Source of the DNA: Acetivibrionales bacterium
GTDB taxonomy: Bacteria > Bacillota > Clostridia > DSM-8532
DNA: 52,396 nt
Assembly (NCBI GenBank): GCA_038249175.1
Contig: JBBRWP010000001.1
Coordinates: 1-52,396, forward strand
Reading direction: 5' to 3'
Numbering within the stretch: the stretch's first letter is position 1; every line of letters starts with the position of its first letter. The notes under the pieces were generated by a model, which saw nothing but the letters and a program-made list of their open reading frames with translations, did not search any database and had not been told where the DNA came from. Position numbers and translations under genes: made by a program. Of the stretch, positions 7,932-15,677 are shown in pieces.

Positions 7932-9269
7932 ATGGGTAACGTGATCAGAATCAATGCGTGTCTTTTTACTAGAATGGGCTATGGCAGAAGCCGCAATACA
8001 ACCGACTTTTATATGAACGGGCGATTTCAATCGCCACTGAACCTGGATAACCTACAAGCATCTTTGGAAAATCGCGGCAGTGACTATCTTTTCTCTCTTG
8101 CAGACCATATGGAAAATGCGGCAGACACGACGGCCAGCGTTTCCATTAGCAAAGAAATGCTACGTTTGCATGAGAAAATCTCCGTACAGAACGGGGATAT
8201 GAATGATAAAGTACGTGAGCTGTCTTCCAGAATTGGTGGGGCTGCCAGAATGCTTGACAGTATTCTCGATATGAACCATACATCGGAAACTGATGAGTTC
8301 CGAAGATACGGTTTTTCTTCCTTTGTTTTTTCAGGGGGTACCGTGGTTGCAGCAACTGTTGCTTATGGTCATGCATTTTTGTACCGTGAAGATGGCCTGC
8401 AAACATTGGCAAAAGATACGTCAGAACGGGGTAAACTGGTACGCCTTGGGGTCTTGTCGGAGGAAGAGGCGGGACGGGAAGAATTGGATATCCCGGAAAG
8501 CGAAGACGTTACCGATGAACTGACCGACAGCCCTGTGATATTCTCTGAGCCTATCCCTTTTTGTGAAAATGATACCTATTTGCTCATCAGCCAGGGTGCC
8601 TATGAAGCCCTCAATGAAGAGCGGATTGAAGATATTCTGGGAGAAGGCGGAGACAGCACACATTTTGCTGCCAGAATAGTTTCGGAAGCAATGAAACGGA
8701 CGTCCCATGGAGATTTGTCCGCCATGGTGGTTCAGGTTGAAAAGATTTATGATGTGCAGGGATCAGCTCACCGGCCTGCCCTAAAGGCGCGTGTGGATGC
8801 TTTGAGTCGTACACCGCCGGTTACCTACAAATACAACCGGAAACCCAGAGGAAAAGACGGCTTCATTTTTGCCGGCTTAATGGGCTTAACTGCCATTGTA
8901 TTCATTGCCATTTTGGCCATCATCATCTCTTCTTTTTTTGGATCTGAAGACCCTGCTAAAGTGGCATCCGACACGCCGGCCCCCAGTATACATGCAAGTG
9001 CTATGCCGGAAGTAAGTCCTGAAGTGGTTGTTACCCCGGAACCGGAAGGCGCCGTGACACCGGAACCGACCCCGGAGCCTACGTCTGTAGTGAATAACCC
9101 GGATACCTACACAATACAAAAAGGAGATACCATGAGTGGCATTGTCAGGAAGCTCTATGGCGATGTAAAGTACCTGGATGCTTTTTCTTCCTATAACAAG
9201 ATTTCCGATCCCGCTAAAATACAGCCGGGGCAAGTCTTGAAGGTACCATTGGTTGACGCTTTACAGTAA
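7932..9269 (+). CDS. Single-pass membrane protein: degenerate PP2C-like cytoplasmic domain, TM helix, Pro/Glu-rich linker, C-terminal LysM
   Basis: PP2C-like blocks with altered metal ligands (LADHMEN, YLLISQGAYEAL, GDLSAMVVQV). TM GFIFAGLMGLTAIVFIAILAIIISSFF. LysM YTIQKGDTMSGIVRKLYG...IQPGQVLKVP. Confidence 0.65.
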   Translation: MGNVIRINACLFTRMGYGRSRNTTDFYMNGRFQSPLNLDNLQASLENRGSDYLFSLADHMENAADTTASVSISKEMLRLHEKISVQNGDMNDKVRELSSRIGGAARMLDSILDMNHTSETDEFRRYGFSSFVFSGGTVVAATVAYGHAFLYREDGLQTLAKDTSERGKLVRLGVLSEEEAGREELDIPESEDVTDELTDSPVIFSEPIPFCENDTYLLISQGAYEALNEERIEDILGEGGDSTHFAARIVSEAMKRTSHGDLSAMVVQVEKIYDVQGSAHRPALKARVDALSRTPPVTYKYNRKPRGKDGFIFAGLMGLTAIVFIAILAIIISSFFGSEDPAKVASDTPAPSIHASAMPEVSPEVVVTPEPEGAVTPEPTPEPTSVVNNPDTYTIQKGDTMSGIVRKLYGDVKYLDAFSSYNKISDPAKIQPGQVLKVPLVDALQ

Positions 9270-9322
9270 TATTTCTCATTGAATCTTGCCGTTTTTTCCA
9301 GGCATCCTATATATGATGAACG

Positions 9323-9354
9323 AAAAGCCGTTTCCTTTTATGGAAACGGCTTTT
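9323..9354. terminator. Hairpin terminator after the LysM-protein gene
   Basis: AAAAGCCGTTTCC-TTTTAT-GGAAACGGCTTTT. A-run and T-run on either side, so potentially bidirectional. Confidence 0.75.
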
Positions 9355-9640
9355 CGTATCTTTTCGTATCTTTTCGTATCTTTTCGTATCTTTTCGTATC
9401 TTTTCGTATCTTTTCGTATCTTTTCGTATCTTTTCGTATCTTTTCGTATCTTTTCATGCCTTTATGTGCCTTTACGTGTCTTTTCATGCCTTTTCGTATC
9501 TTTTCATGTCTTTATGTGTCTTTATGTGCCTTTACGTGTCTTTTCATGCCTTTTCGTATCTTTTCATGTCTTTATGTGTCTTTATGTGCCTTTACGTGTC
9601 TTTTCATGCCTTTACGTATCTTTTCATGTCTTTTCATGTT
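9351..9640. repeat. 29 consecutive 10-bp units starting TTT(T/A) (TTTTCGTATC x10, then variants), with an exact 60-bp higher-order duplication (9481-9540 = 9541-9600)
   Basis: Direct reading. The register stays exactly 10 bp for 290 bp. ORFs predicted here (9279-9856) are repeat artefacts. Confidence 0.95.
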
Positions 9641-9688
9641 GTTCATAGCCTTCGAATTTTTCGTGTGAATTGCAGGATTTATGCTTTA

Positions 9689-10924
9689 TTATGTTTCTTT
9701 TTCAAGCAACATCTTCATCAGCATATACGCCTCTGCAACAAAAATCCCTTCTGCGGCAGTTTTTTCTGTGAAATATTTTTTTTGATTCGGCACGGCCGCA
9801 TTTTTCCGGCTGTCAAACAGCAAAAATGGTACCGGGTCATGTGTATGGGTTCTTAGTACGATGGGTGTGGGATGGTCCGGGAGGATGAGCATACGAAAAT
9901 CGCCCAACGCAGGCAGATCCTCCAGCAACACCGAGAGCAACTCGGCATCAATCCGTTCAATGGCTTTAACTTTGTCTTCTGCCTGTCCCTGGTGACCACA
10001 TTCATCCGGCGCTTCGACATGCAGGTAGACAAAGTCTTTGCCATGGGCCAGTTGGTCCATGGCGGCTTGCGCTTTTCCACGATAGTTTGTATGTAAATTA
10101 CCAGTCGCTCCAACCACGTCAATCGATGTCAGCCCGGCGGCCATACCGATACCCTTGATCAGGTCCACGGCTGAGATGACAGCCCCGGATACACCAAACA
10201 TTTCCTGAAAGGATGTGAGCGCGGGGCGGCTGCCCTGACCCCAAAGCCAGATAGCATTGGCCGGATTCAATCCGCGTTTTATGCGGGAACAGTTCACCGG
10301 ATGGTCTTTCAGCACAGCCAATGATTTCTCAATCAGACTAACTGCAAGTTCAGCACCAGGTCCAGCAGGCAGGTATTCCCGGATGCCTTTGCCACTGATG
10401 TCATGCGGTGGTGTGAGCCGTATGTCCAGTGGACCATTTTCCCACAAAAGGCAATGTCGATAGCTGATGCCGGGATGAAAGGTGTGGCTGCCATCCCTGG
10501 ATTTATCAGGTGAATCCAGTGCTTTGGCAATGGCTGCCATGAGGATGCGGGATTCTTCTGTGGTAATTTCACCGGCGCTGTAATCTTCCATGGTGCGTTC
10601 TGCTAGAGGACCGTCCCCGCCCAGGGTGACCAGGTTACACCGTAGCGCCGTGTCGTTTTCCTTCATGGAAACGCCCATGCTGATGGCTTCCAAGGGAGAG
10701 CGGCCGGTATAATATGTCTCCGGCTTGTAGCCAAAGACAGAAAGGTTGGCTACATCACTGCCTGCCGGCATATGGTCCGGCACGGTTTTGGATAAACCTG
10801 TTAGTGCCGTTTCAAAGAGGCTGTCCATATTGGGTTTATACGCTTTTTCCATTGGTGTCAGTCCGTCCAATGCGGGAACCGGGGTATCAGCCATGCCGTC
10901 GCATAGTAAAACAATGGTTTTCAT
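9689..10924 (-). CDS. apgM: Cofactor-independent phosphoglycerate mutase, archaeal ApgM-type (alkaline-phosphatase superfamily)
   Basis: N-terminus MKTIVLLCDGMADTP and HVEAPDECGHQG motif, about 410 aa. Confidence 0.75.
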   Translation of the reverse strand: MKTIVLLCDGMADTPVPALDGLTPMEKAYKPNMDSLFETALTGLSKTVPDHMPAGSDVANLSVFGYKPETYYTGRSPLEAISMGVSMKENDTALRCNLVTLGGDGPLAERTMEDYSAGEITTEESRILMAAIAKALDSPDKSRDGSHTFHPGISYRHCLLWENGPLDIRLTPPHDISGKGIREYLPAGPGAELAVSLIEKSLAVLKDHPVNCSRIKRGLNPANAIWLWGQGSRPALTSFQEMFGVSGAVISAVDLIKGIGMAAGLTSIDVVGATGNLHTNYRGKAQAAMDQLAHGKDFVYLHVEAPDECGHQGQAEDKVKAIERIDAELLSVLLEDLPALGDFRMLILPDHPTPIVLRTHTHDPVPFLLFDSRKNAAVPNQKKYFTEKTAAEGIFVAEAYMLMKMLLEKET

Positions 10925-11061
10925 GATCGTTTAGCGGACGGAGGCCCGTGACTTCAGTCATGGGAGACTGCCGCTTTCCTCCATTCTTTTCATCGGTCTT
11001 TCAACGATATCCCTTATTTCCCAAGAAACGTGCGGTTGTGATGAACCGGCTGCGGTTCTGG

Positions 11062-11089
11062 TTGCGAAATCTTCAAAAAATGATATAAT
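11062..11089 (+). promoter_or_regulatory. Sigma-A-type promoter TTGCGA-N16-TGaTATAAT (extended -10)
   Basis: Direct reading. About 118 nt upstream of the DUF1858 start. Confidence 0.55.
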
Positions 11090-11206
11090 TTATTATAGAT
11101 GCAAAATGTGTTTGTGTCGAATAGTAAAGGGTTCAGGCAGAATTGTTGGTTCGTGCGATACGTCGTAATCGGTACAACGGCTGTCTTGAAGAATATGGAG
11201 GTTGGT

Positions 11207-11407
11207 ATGGCTAAAGTCACTGGGGATATGATTATTATGGATGTGCTGCAGATGGATCGTAAAACGGCACCCATTTTTATGCAGCACGGGATGCATTGTA
11301 TCGGATGTCCTTCTGCATCTGGCGAAAGCATCGACGATGCTTGCATGGTGCATGGCATCGATCCGACAAAGCTGGTTGATGCGTTGAATACGCACTTTTC
11401 AGCTTAA
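11207..11407 (+). CDS. DUF1858 / hybrid-cluster-protein-associated redox disulfide protein
   Basis: GMHCIGCPSASGESIDDAC motif. GGAGG 5 nt upstream of ATG 11207; the longer track ORF from 11099 has no RBS. Confidence 0.7.
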   Translation: MAKVTGDMIIMDVLQMDRKTAPIFMQHGMHCIGCPSASGESIDDACMVHGIDPTKLVDALNTHFSA

Positions 11408-11630
11408 CGGGTTTTTGACAGAAAAAAAGAGCTACCGTTCTCACTTGTTGAAACGGATTGGCTTATCAATGCCGGGGTTAGGAAACTCCGGCATTTTTAA
11501 AGGAATGAACTGATGTAGGGTATCGTTGTTTTTTAGACGCGTCTGCTTTTTATTTCTTTCACGCAGGTTTATGCGTGAAGCTTTGCCTATGCAGTAGTTT
11601 TTCAATAACGTATATGTCAGCGATACACTA

Positions 11631-11759
11631 CACTAGTGTACTGTCTTGTTGATATATAGCTAATATATGGCTTAATAAAAACCGGTAATCATTATAGTTG
11701 GAAATATGAATCACTGAACCTGTTATTATGTTAAATTTGAACCAGACAGTACACTAGTG
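11631..11759. repeat. Perfect 15-bp inverted repeat pair CACTAGTGTACTGTC ... GACAGTACACTAGTG flanking 99 AT-rich bp (operator pair or MITE-like unit)
   Basis: Arms at 11631-11645 and 11745-11759 are exact reverse complements. The first arm lies within the 12-bp palindrome TACACTAGTGTA (11629-11640). A TTGATA-N17-TTAATA promoter-like sequence lies between the arms. Confidence 0.8.
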
Positions 11760-11802
11760 GTAAGGTAAAAAAAAACTCACTGGAAGTCACCGAGGTAGCG
11801 AC

Positions 11803-12150
11803 ATGCATATTCAAGAAATAGCAGAGATTTTGGACGCTCAGATTCACACGGTTGCGGAAGAAGAGAATTTTGAGATATTTTCTGCCTGCGGCGCAGATTT
11901 GATGAGTGATGTGATGGCGTTTTCAAAGGAAAATGCCATGATGATTACCGGTCTTGTGAATCCGCAAGTTATTCGGACAGCGGAAATGATGGACATCCGC
12001 GTCGTTGTGTTCGTCCGGGGAAAAAAGCCGCAGGAATGCATGATTTCAATGGCGCAGGAACGGAATATTTCTGTTCTGTCCACAGAATTGCCCATGTTCA
12101 CAGCCTGTGGACGACTTTATATGAACGGCATTCATGGCCGCGGAGAATAA
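11803..12150 (+). CDS. DRTGG-domain protein
   Basis: About 115 aa, sequence pattern like stand-alone DRTGG proteins found next to hydrogenase-like sensors. Recognised by eye only. Confidence 0.55.
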   Translation: MHIQEIAEILDAQIHTVAEEENFEIFSACGADLMSDVMAFSKENAMMITGLVNPQVIRTAEMMDIRVVVFVRGKKPQECMISMAQERNISVLSTELPMFTACGRLYMNGIHGRGE

Positions 12151-12151
12151 A

Positions 12152-12583
12152 ATGGATACCCATGTCATTGTACGAGAATATACCATCCCTAAGAATGATT
12201 TTGTTGTGGCGGGTGAGGCATCGAGCGGTATGCGCAAAATGCTGAATCAGATGGGCGTTGCACCGGCTGTTGTGAAACGGGCTTCCATTGCCATGTACGA
12301 AGCAGAGATTAATGCAGTGATCCACGGCCATGGCGGTCATGCTACAGTGGAGATATACCCGGAAAAGGTCAGCATCTGCATAAAAGATGAAGGCCCGGGC
12401 ATTGCTGATGTGGCTTTGGCCATGCAGGAAGGCTACTCCACTGCACCGGATAGCATCCGGGAAATGGGTTTTGGTGCCGGTATGGGGCTTTCCAACATAA
12501 AAAAGCAATCCGACCACTTCTCAATCGTAAGCGAGCCGGGTGTTGGCACGGAGGTTTTTATTGTTGTCTATTTCAACGCGTGA
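12152..12583 (+). CDS. GHKL-type ATPase / anti-sigma-factor-like serine kinase (RsbW/SpoIIAB fold)
   Basis: N-box YEAEINAVIHG and G-boxes DEGPGI, GFGAGMGLSNI. ATG 12152 preceded by GGAGA, 1 nt after the upstream stop. Confidence 0.75.
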   Translation: MDTHVIVREYTIPKNDFVVAGEASSGMRKMLNQMGVAPAVVKRASIAMYEAEINAVIHGHGGHATVEIYPEKVSICIKDEGPGIADVALAMQEGYSTAPDSIREMGFGAGMGLSNIKKQSDHFSIVSEPGVGTEVFIVVYFNA

Positions 12584-12649
12584 AAAACAGGCACCCCGAA
12601 AAAGGGTGTTGCAGTCAGGCCAATTTTGTTTTGAACTACATTAAGAAAC

Positions 12650-12858
12650 GAACAAATCGGGGGAAGAACCGTGCCACAAGAATACGATCACTCTGTGACA
12701 CTGGACAAAGAAATGTAAAAAAGAACAAATCGGGAGAAGAACTGTGCCACAAGAATACGACCATTCTGTGGCACTGAACTAAGAAATGTAAAAAAGAACA
12801 AATCGGGGGAAGAACCGTGCCACAAGAATACTATCACTCTGTGACACTGGACAAAGAC
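12650..12858 (+). repeat. 73-bp unit present three times in tandem (12650, 12723, 12796), each carrying RBS GGGGGAAG/GGGAGAAG, a GTG start and the first 11-13 codons of the hydrogenase-like gene
   Basis: Direct alignment. Copies 1 and 2 end in stop codons, giving mini-ORFs 12671-12718 (MPQEYDHSVTLDKEM) and 12744-12782 (MPQEYDHSVALN). Copy 3 continues into the 428-aa ORF. Confidence 0.9.
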
Positions 12859-14103
12859 AAGTGCAAAGGCTGTACCAATTGCATCAAACATTGTCCGACA
12901 GAAGCCATACGGGTTAGAAACGGAAAAGCGGAGATTACACGGGAACGCTGCATTGACTGTGGTGAGTGCGTGCGTGTCTGTCCTTACCATGCCAAAAAAG
13001 CAGTCAGCGACCCTATTGAAGTTATCCACAACTACCCGTATAAAATTGCCCTGCCGGCACCCTCTTTTTATGGTCAATTCAGCCCGGCTTATGGGCGGGA
13101 AAAAATACTGCAGGCGCTCTTGCAGATAGGTTTTGATGATGTGTTTGAAGTGGCAGCCGGCGCCGAAGTGGTGTCAGATGCCACAAAACGATACCTGGAG
13201 AATCACCTGGTGAAGAAACCGGTCATTTCAACCGCCTGTCCGGCCGTTGTACGCCTGGTACAGGTGCGTTTCCCTATTTTGCTGGAGAACCTCCTGCACA
13301 TCGATTCACCGATGGAAGTGGCGGCGGCACTGGCCAAAAGAAGAGCGGCCAAGAAAACCGGTTTGCCAATGAAAGACATTGGTGCCTTTTTTCTTTCCCC
13401 GTGTGCCGCAAAGGTAACCAGTGTGAAGGCACCGTTTGGAAAAGAAAAGTCGGATGTGGATGCCGTTTTTGCAATGAAGGACATTCACCTTTCAATGATA
13501 GAACAACTGAAAAAAATGAATGAAATGCCAACAGTCAAGAGAACCATGGCTGGTCCGGCCGGTGTACTGTGGGCATGTACCGGGGGTGAAAGTGACAAAA
13601 TGAGCGGCGAAAAACACCTGGCTGTTCATGGTATTGCCAATGTCATTGCCATTTTAGAGGAGACGGTAGAAGAGCGCCTGGAAGATGTCGATTTTATTGA
13701 AGCGCTTTCCTGTATTGAAGGTTGTTTGGGTGGCCCGTTAACCATAGAAAATCCTTTTGTAGCCAAGGCAAACTTAAAGGCGGTTATGGCAGCGGCCAAA
13801 CAAGAAGACTTTAACGAGGACTGTTATGTTTCGGATCCGGAAGAATTGGTGTGGACAAGAGAAATGGCCTATATTCCTGTTTTAAAGCTGGATGATGATA
13901 TGACGAAGGCCCTTGAAAAGCTGCAAAGAATTGATGAAATTGATGAAGGATTGCCGGGATTGGACTGTGGTGCCTGTGGCGCACCCTCCTGCCGTGCTTT
14001 GGCAGAAGATATTGTGCGGGGTATTGCCAAAGAAACAGATTGTGTGGTCAAACTCCGTGAAAAGGTCAGCGACTTTGTCCATCGTATGGGAGATTTCGCG
14101 TAG
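12817..14103 (+). CDS. Sensory-type [FeFe]-hydrogenase-like protein (2x[4Fe-4S] + modified H-domain + C-terminal CX2CX4C Fe-S domain)
   Basis: CKGCTNCIKHCP and CIDCGECVRVCP. H-cluster motifs altered to STACP, SPCAAK, EALSCIEGCLGGP. C-terminal CGACGAPSC. GTG start with RBS GGGGGAAG. Confidence 0.8.
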   Translation: MPQEYYHSVTLDKDKCKGCTNCIKHCPTEAIRVRNGKAEITRERCIDCGECVRVCPYHAKKAVSDPIEVIHNYPYKIALPAPSFYGQFSPAYGREKILQALLQIGFDDVFEVAAGAEVVSDATKRYLENHLVKKPVISTACPAVVRLVQVRFPILLENLLHIDSPMEVAAALAKRRAAKKTGLPMKDIGAFFLSPCAAKVTSVKAPFGKEKSDVDAVFAMKDIHLSMIEQLKKMNEMPTVKRTMAGPAGVLWACTGGESDKMSGEKHLAVHGIANVIAILEETVEERLEDVDFIEALSCIEGCLGGPLTIENPFVAKANLKAVMAAAKQEDFNEDCYVSDPEELVWTREMAYIPVLKLDDDMTKALEKLQRIDEIDEGLPGLDCGACGAPSCRALAEDIVRGIAKETDCVVKLREKVSDFVHRMGDFA

Positions 14104-14322
14104 CTATTGCAATTTTGGAAGTATTGATTGTGGATAGTGTTATGTTCGAAGTGTCTTTGGCATGAACTGGTACAGCTGTTCTCATGTCCGATATGTGTTT
14201 TAGGCACTGAGACAGCCATTCCATGGCATAAAATAGTGATTGTGATGCTGCCGATATCCGGCAGGTAGTAAGATTTTGGATAACAATCCTGTTATAAAAA
14301 ATATTGAACTAAGGGGTAAAAA

Positions 14323-14676
14323 ATGACAGTCACAGAGTTTGCAGCTCAAGGGCATTATGCTATTCTCACATGCGAAGCAGACGCTGCGCACAAAAATATA
14401 AGTGGCGTGTATGTCTGTGATTTGCTAAGTTGGGCAATGGCGAAAATTTCTTCCGGCGACGTGTGGATTACCGTACACACCAACTTGAATGTGGTGGCGG
14501 TTGCTCTGTTAACAGATGCGTCTTGTGTGGTTATCCCCGAGGGCATATTGGTAGAACAAAGCACACTGGACCGTGCCGACAATCAGGGTATTATTTTATT
14601 GTCTGCCAAAGAGGGCGCAGCGCAGATTGTTTTACAAACGGCAAAATGCCTGAAGATGGATGGGATGTCAGGATGA
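14323..14676 (+). CDS. Second DRTGG-domain protein
   Basis: 117 aa, similar architecture to 11803-12150. RBS AAGGGG. Stop overlaps the next start (ATGA). Confidence 0.55.
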   Translation: MTVTEFAAQGHYAILTCEADAAHKNISGVYVCDLLSWAMAKISSGDVWITVHTNLNVVAVALLTDASCVVIPEGILVEQSTLDRADNQGIILLSAKEGAAQIVLQTAKCLKMDGMSG

Positions 14677-15395
14677 ATCTACCCTACGATTTGCATATTC
14701 ACTCCTGTTTATCCCCTTGTTGCGATGATGATATGACGCCTTGCAACATCGTGAATATGTCAGAACTGAAAGAGCTTAAAATTATCGCAGTGTCAGATCA
14801 CAACACTGTTGGAAATATCGGTGCTGTGATGACAGCGGCAAAAGGAAAAGACCTCCTGGTTGTTCCGGCAATGGAATTGTGCACGTCAGAAGAAATTCAC
14901 CTGCTGTGTCTTTTCCCGTCATTGCCTGCAGCAGAATCTTTTGAGGCCTTCGTTCTTTCTGCCGGCCCACTGGTTTTGAACCGGCCGGACATCTTCGGAA
15001 ACCAGTGGAAAATGGATGCAGAAGATATTGTGTTGGGCACAGAAAAAAGAATGCTCATTGCCGCTGCCAATATGGACATGTCAGAGGCGCTATCGCTATT
15101 GCAAGGACTTGGCGGCATGGCTATTCCGGCCCATATCGACCGGGATGCTTATGCCATGGGTGCTACACTGGGCACAATACCCAAAGAATATGGATTTCAT
15201 ACGGTTGAAATATCCAGGCAGGCGACAGTTGAACAGGTTTTACAACAATATCCTGAAATTGCACAGATGAACCTGCTGTTCAATTCTGATGCACACCATC
15301 TTTGGGATATCTCGGAACCAGAGCATTTTATTGAAGTGGAAGTATGTAGCATTCCGGCTTTGTTTGCATCATTACAACGGGATATAAAAATCTGA
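14673..15395 (+). CDS. PHP-domain phosphoesterase
   Basis: N-terminal YDLHIHSCLSPCCDD (HxH metal motif), later DHN, PAHIDR and SDAHH. Start chosen at the ATGA overlap rather than the track start 14430. Confidence 0.75.
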   Translation: MNLPYDLHIHSCLSPCCDDDMTPCNIVNMSELKELKIIAVSDHNTVGNIGAVMTAAKGKDLLVVPAMELCTSEEIHLLCLFPSLPAAESFEAFVLSAGPLVLNRPDIFGNQWKMDAEDIVLGTEKRMLIAAANMDMSEALSLLQGLGGMAIPAHIDRDAYAMGATLGTIPKEYGFHTVEISRQATVEQVLQQYPEIAQMNLLFNSDAHHLWDISEPEHFIEVEVCSIPALFASLQRDIKI

Positions 15396-15597
15396 AAATG
15401 CGCAGCATTTTCAGCAAATTTTGTGCAAACTCACCGAGGATGCATGGGGTAAAAATCTGAAAATGGCAAAATTTTATCACTTTTTGTGCCTGAGCGAAGC
15501 GAAAGGAATGTCTAAAATCTGAAAATGCGCAGCATTTTCAGAAAGTTTTGTGTGAACTCAACGAGGACGTATGAGGCATAAAATTTGAAAATGCGCT
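15392..15597 (+). repeat. REP-A array: intact hairpins at 15392-15414 and 15519-15541, degenerate copies at about 15457 and about 15584
   Basis: The TGA stop of the PHP gene (15393-15395) lies inside the 5' arm of the first hairpin. Confidence 0.9.
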
Positions 15598-15677
15598 AAT
15601 GGTCCGGTAGAATCAAAGAATTGGTCGCACAGGATTGAGACCTGATTGCGCAGTTAAAGGTGAGAGGAACGAAGTGG

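Noticed and set aside
9351-9640. Possible CRISPR arrays at 9351-9640, 19503-19771 and 43736-43958
   Set aside because: The repeat units are directly adjacent with no unique spacers. The unit sizes (10, about 34, 65 bp) and lack of cas genes do not fit CRISPR.
9279-9856. Three overlapping plus-strand ORFs (120-130 aa) rich in FSYLFVS/CLYVS peptides
   Set aside because: They are translations of the 10-bp tandem repeat in all three frames. No RBS is present and the products are extremely low in complexity, so they are not genes.
11727-11746. Second Rex-like site (ATGTTAAATTTGAACC) upstream of the sensor module
   Set aside because: Only one half-site resembles TTGTTAA. The second half does not match TTAACAA.
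12580-12777. 65-aa ORF spanning the 73-bp repeats
   Set aside because: It runs across repeat copies in a frame unrelated to the duplicated start region and has no RBS. The short GTG-initiated mini-ORFs are the more plausible translated units.
14430-14672. Long 5' extension of the PHP gene given in the ORF track
   Set aside because: The extension overlaps the DRTGG gene in another frame and is Cys/Arg/Gly-rich with no domain. The ATGA stop/start overlap at 14673 gives a canonical PHP N-terminus (YDLHIHS).
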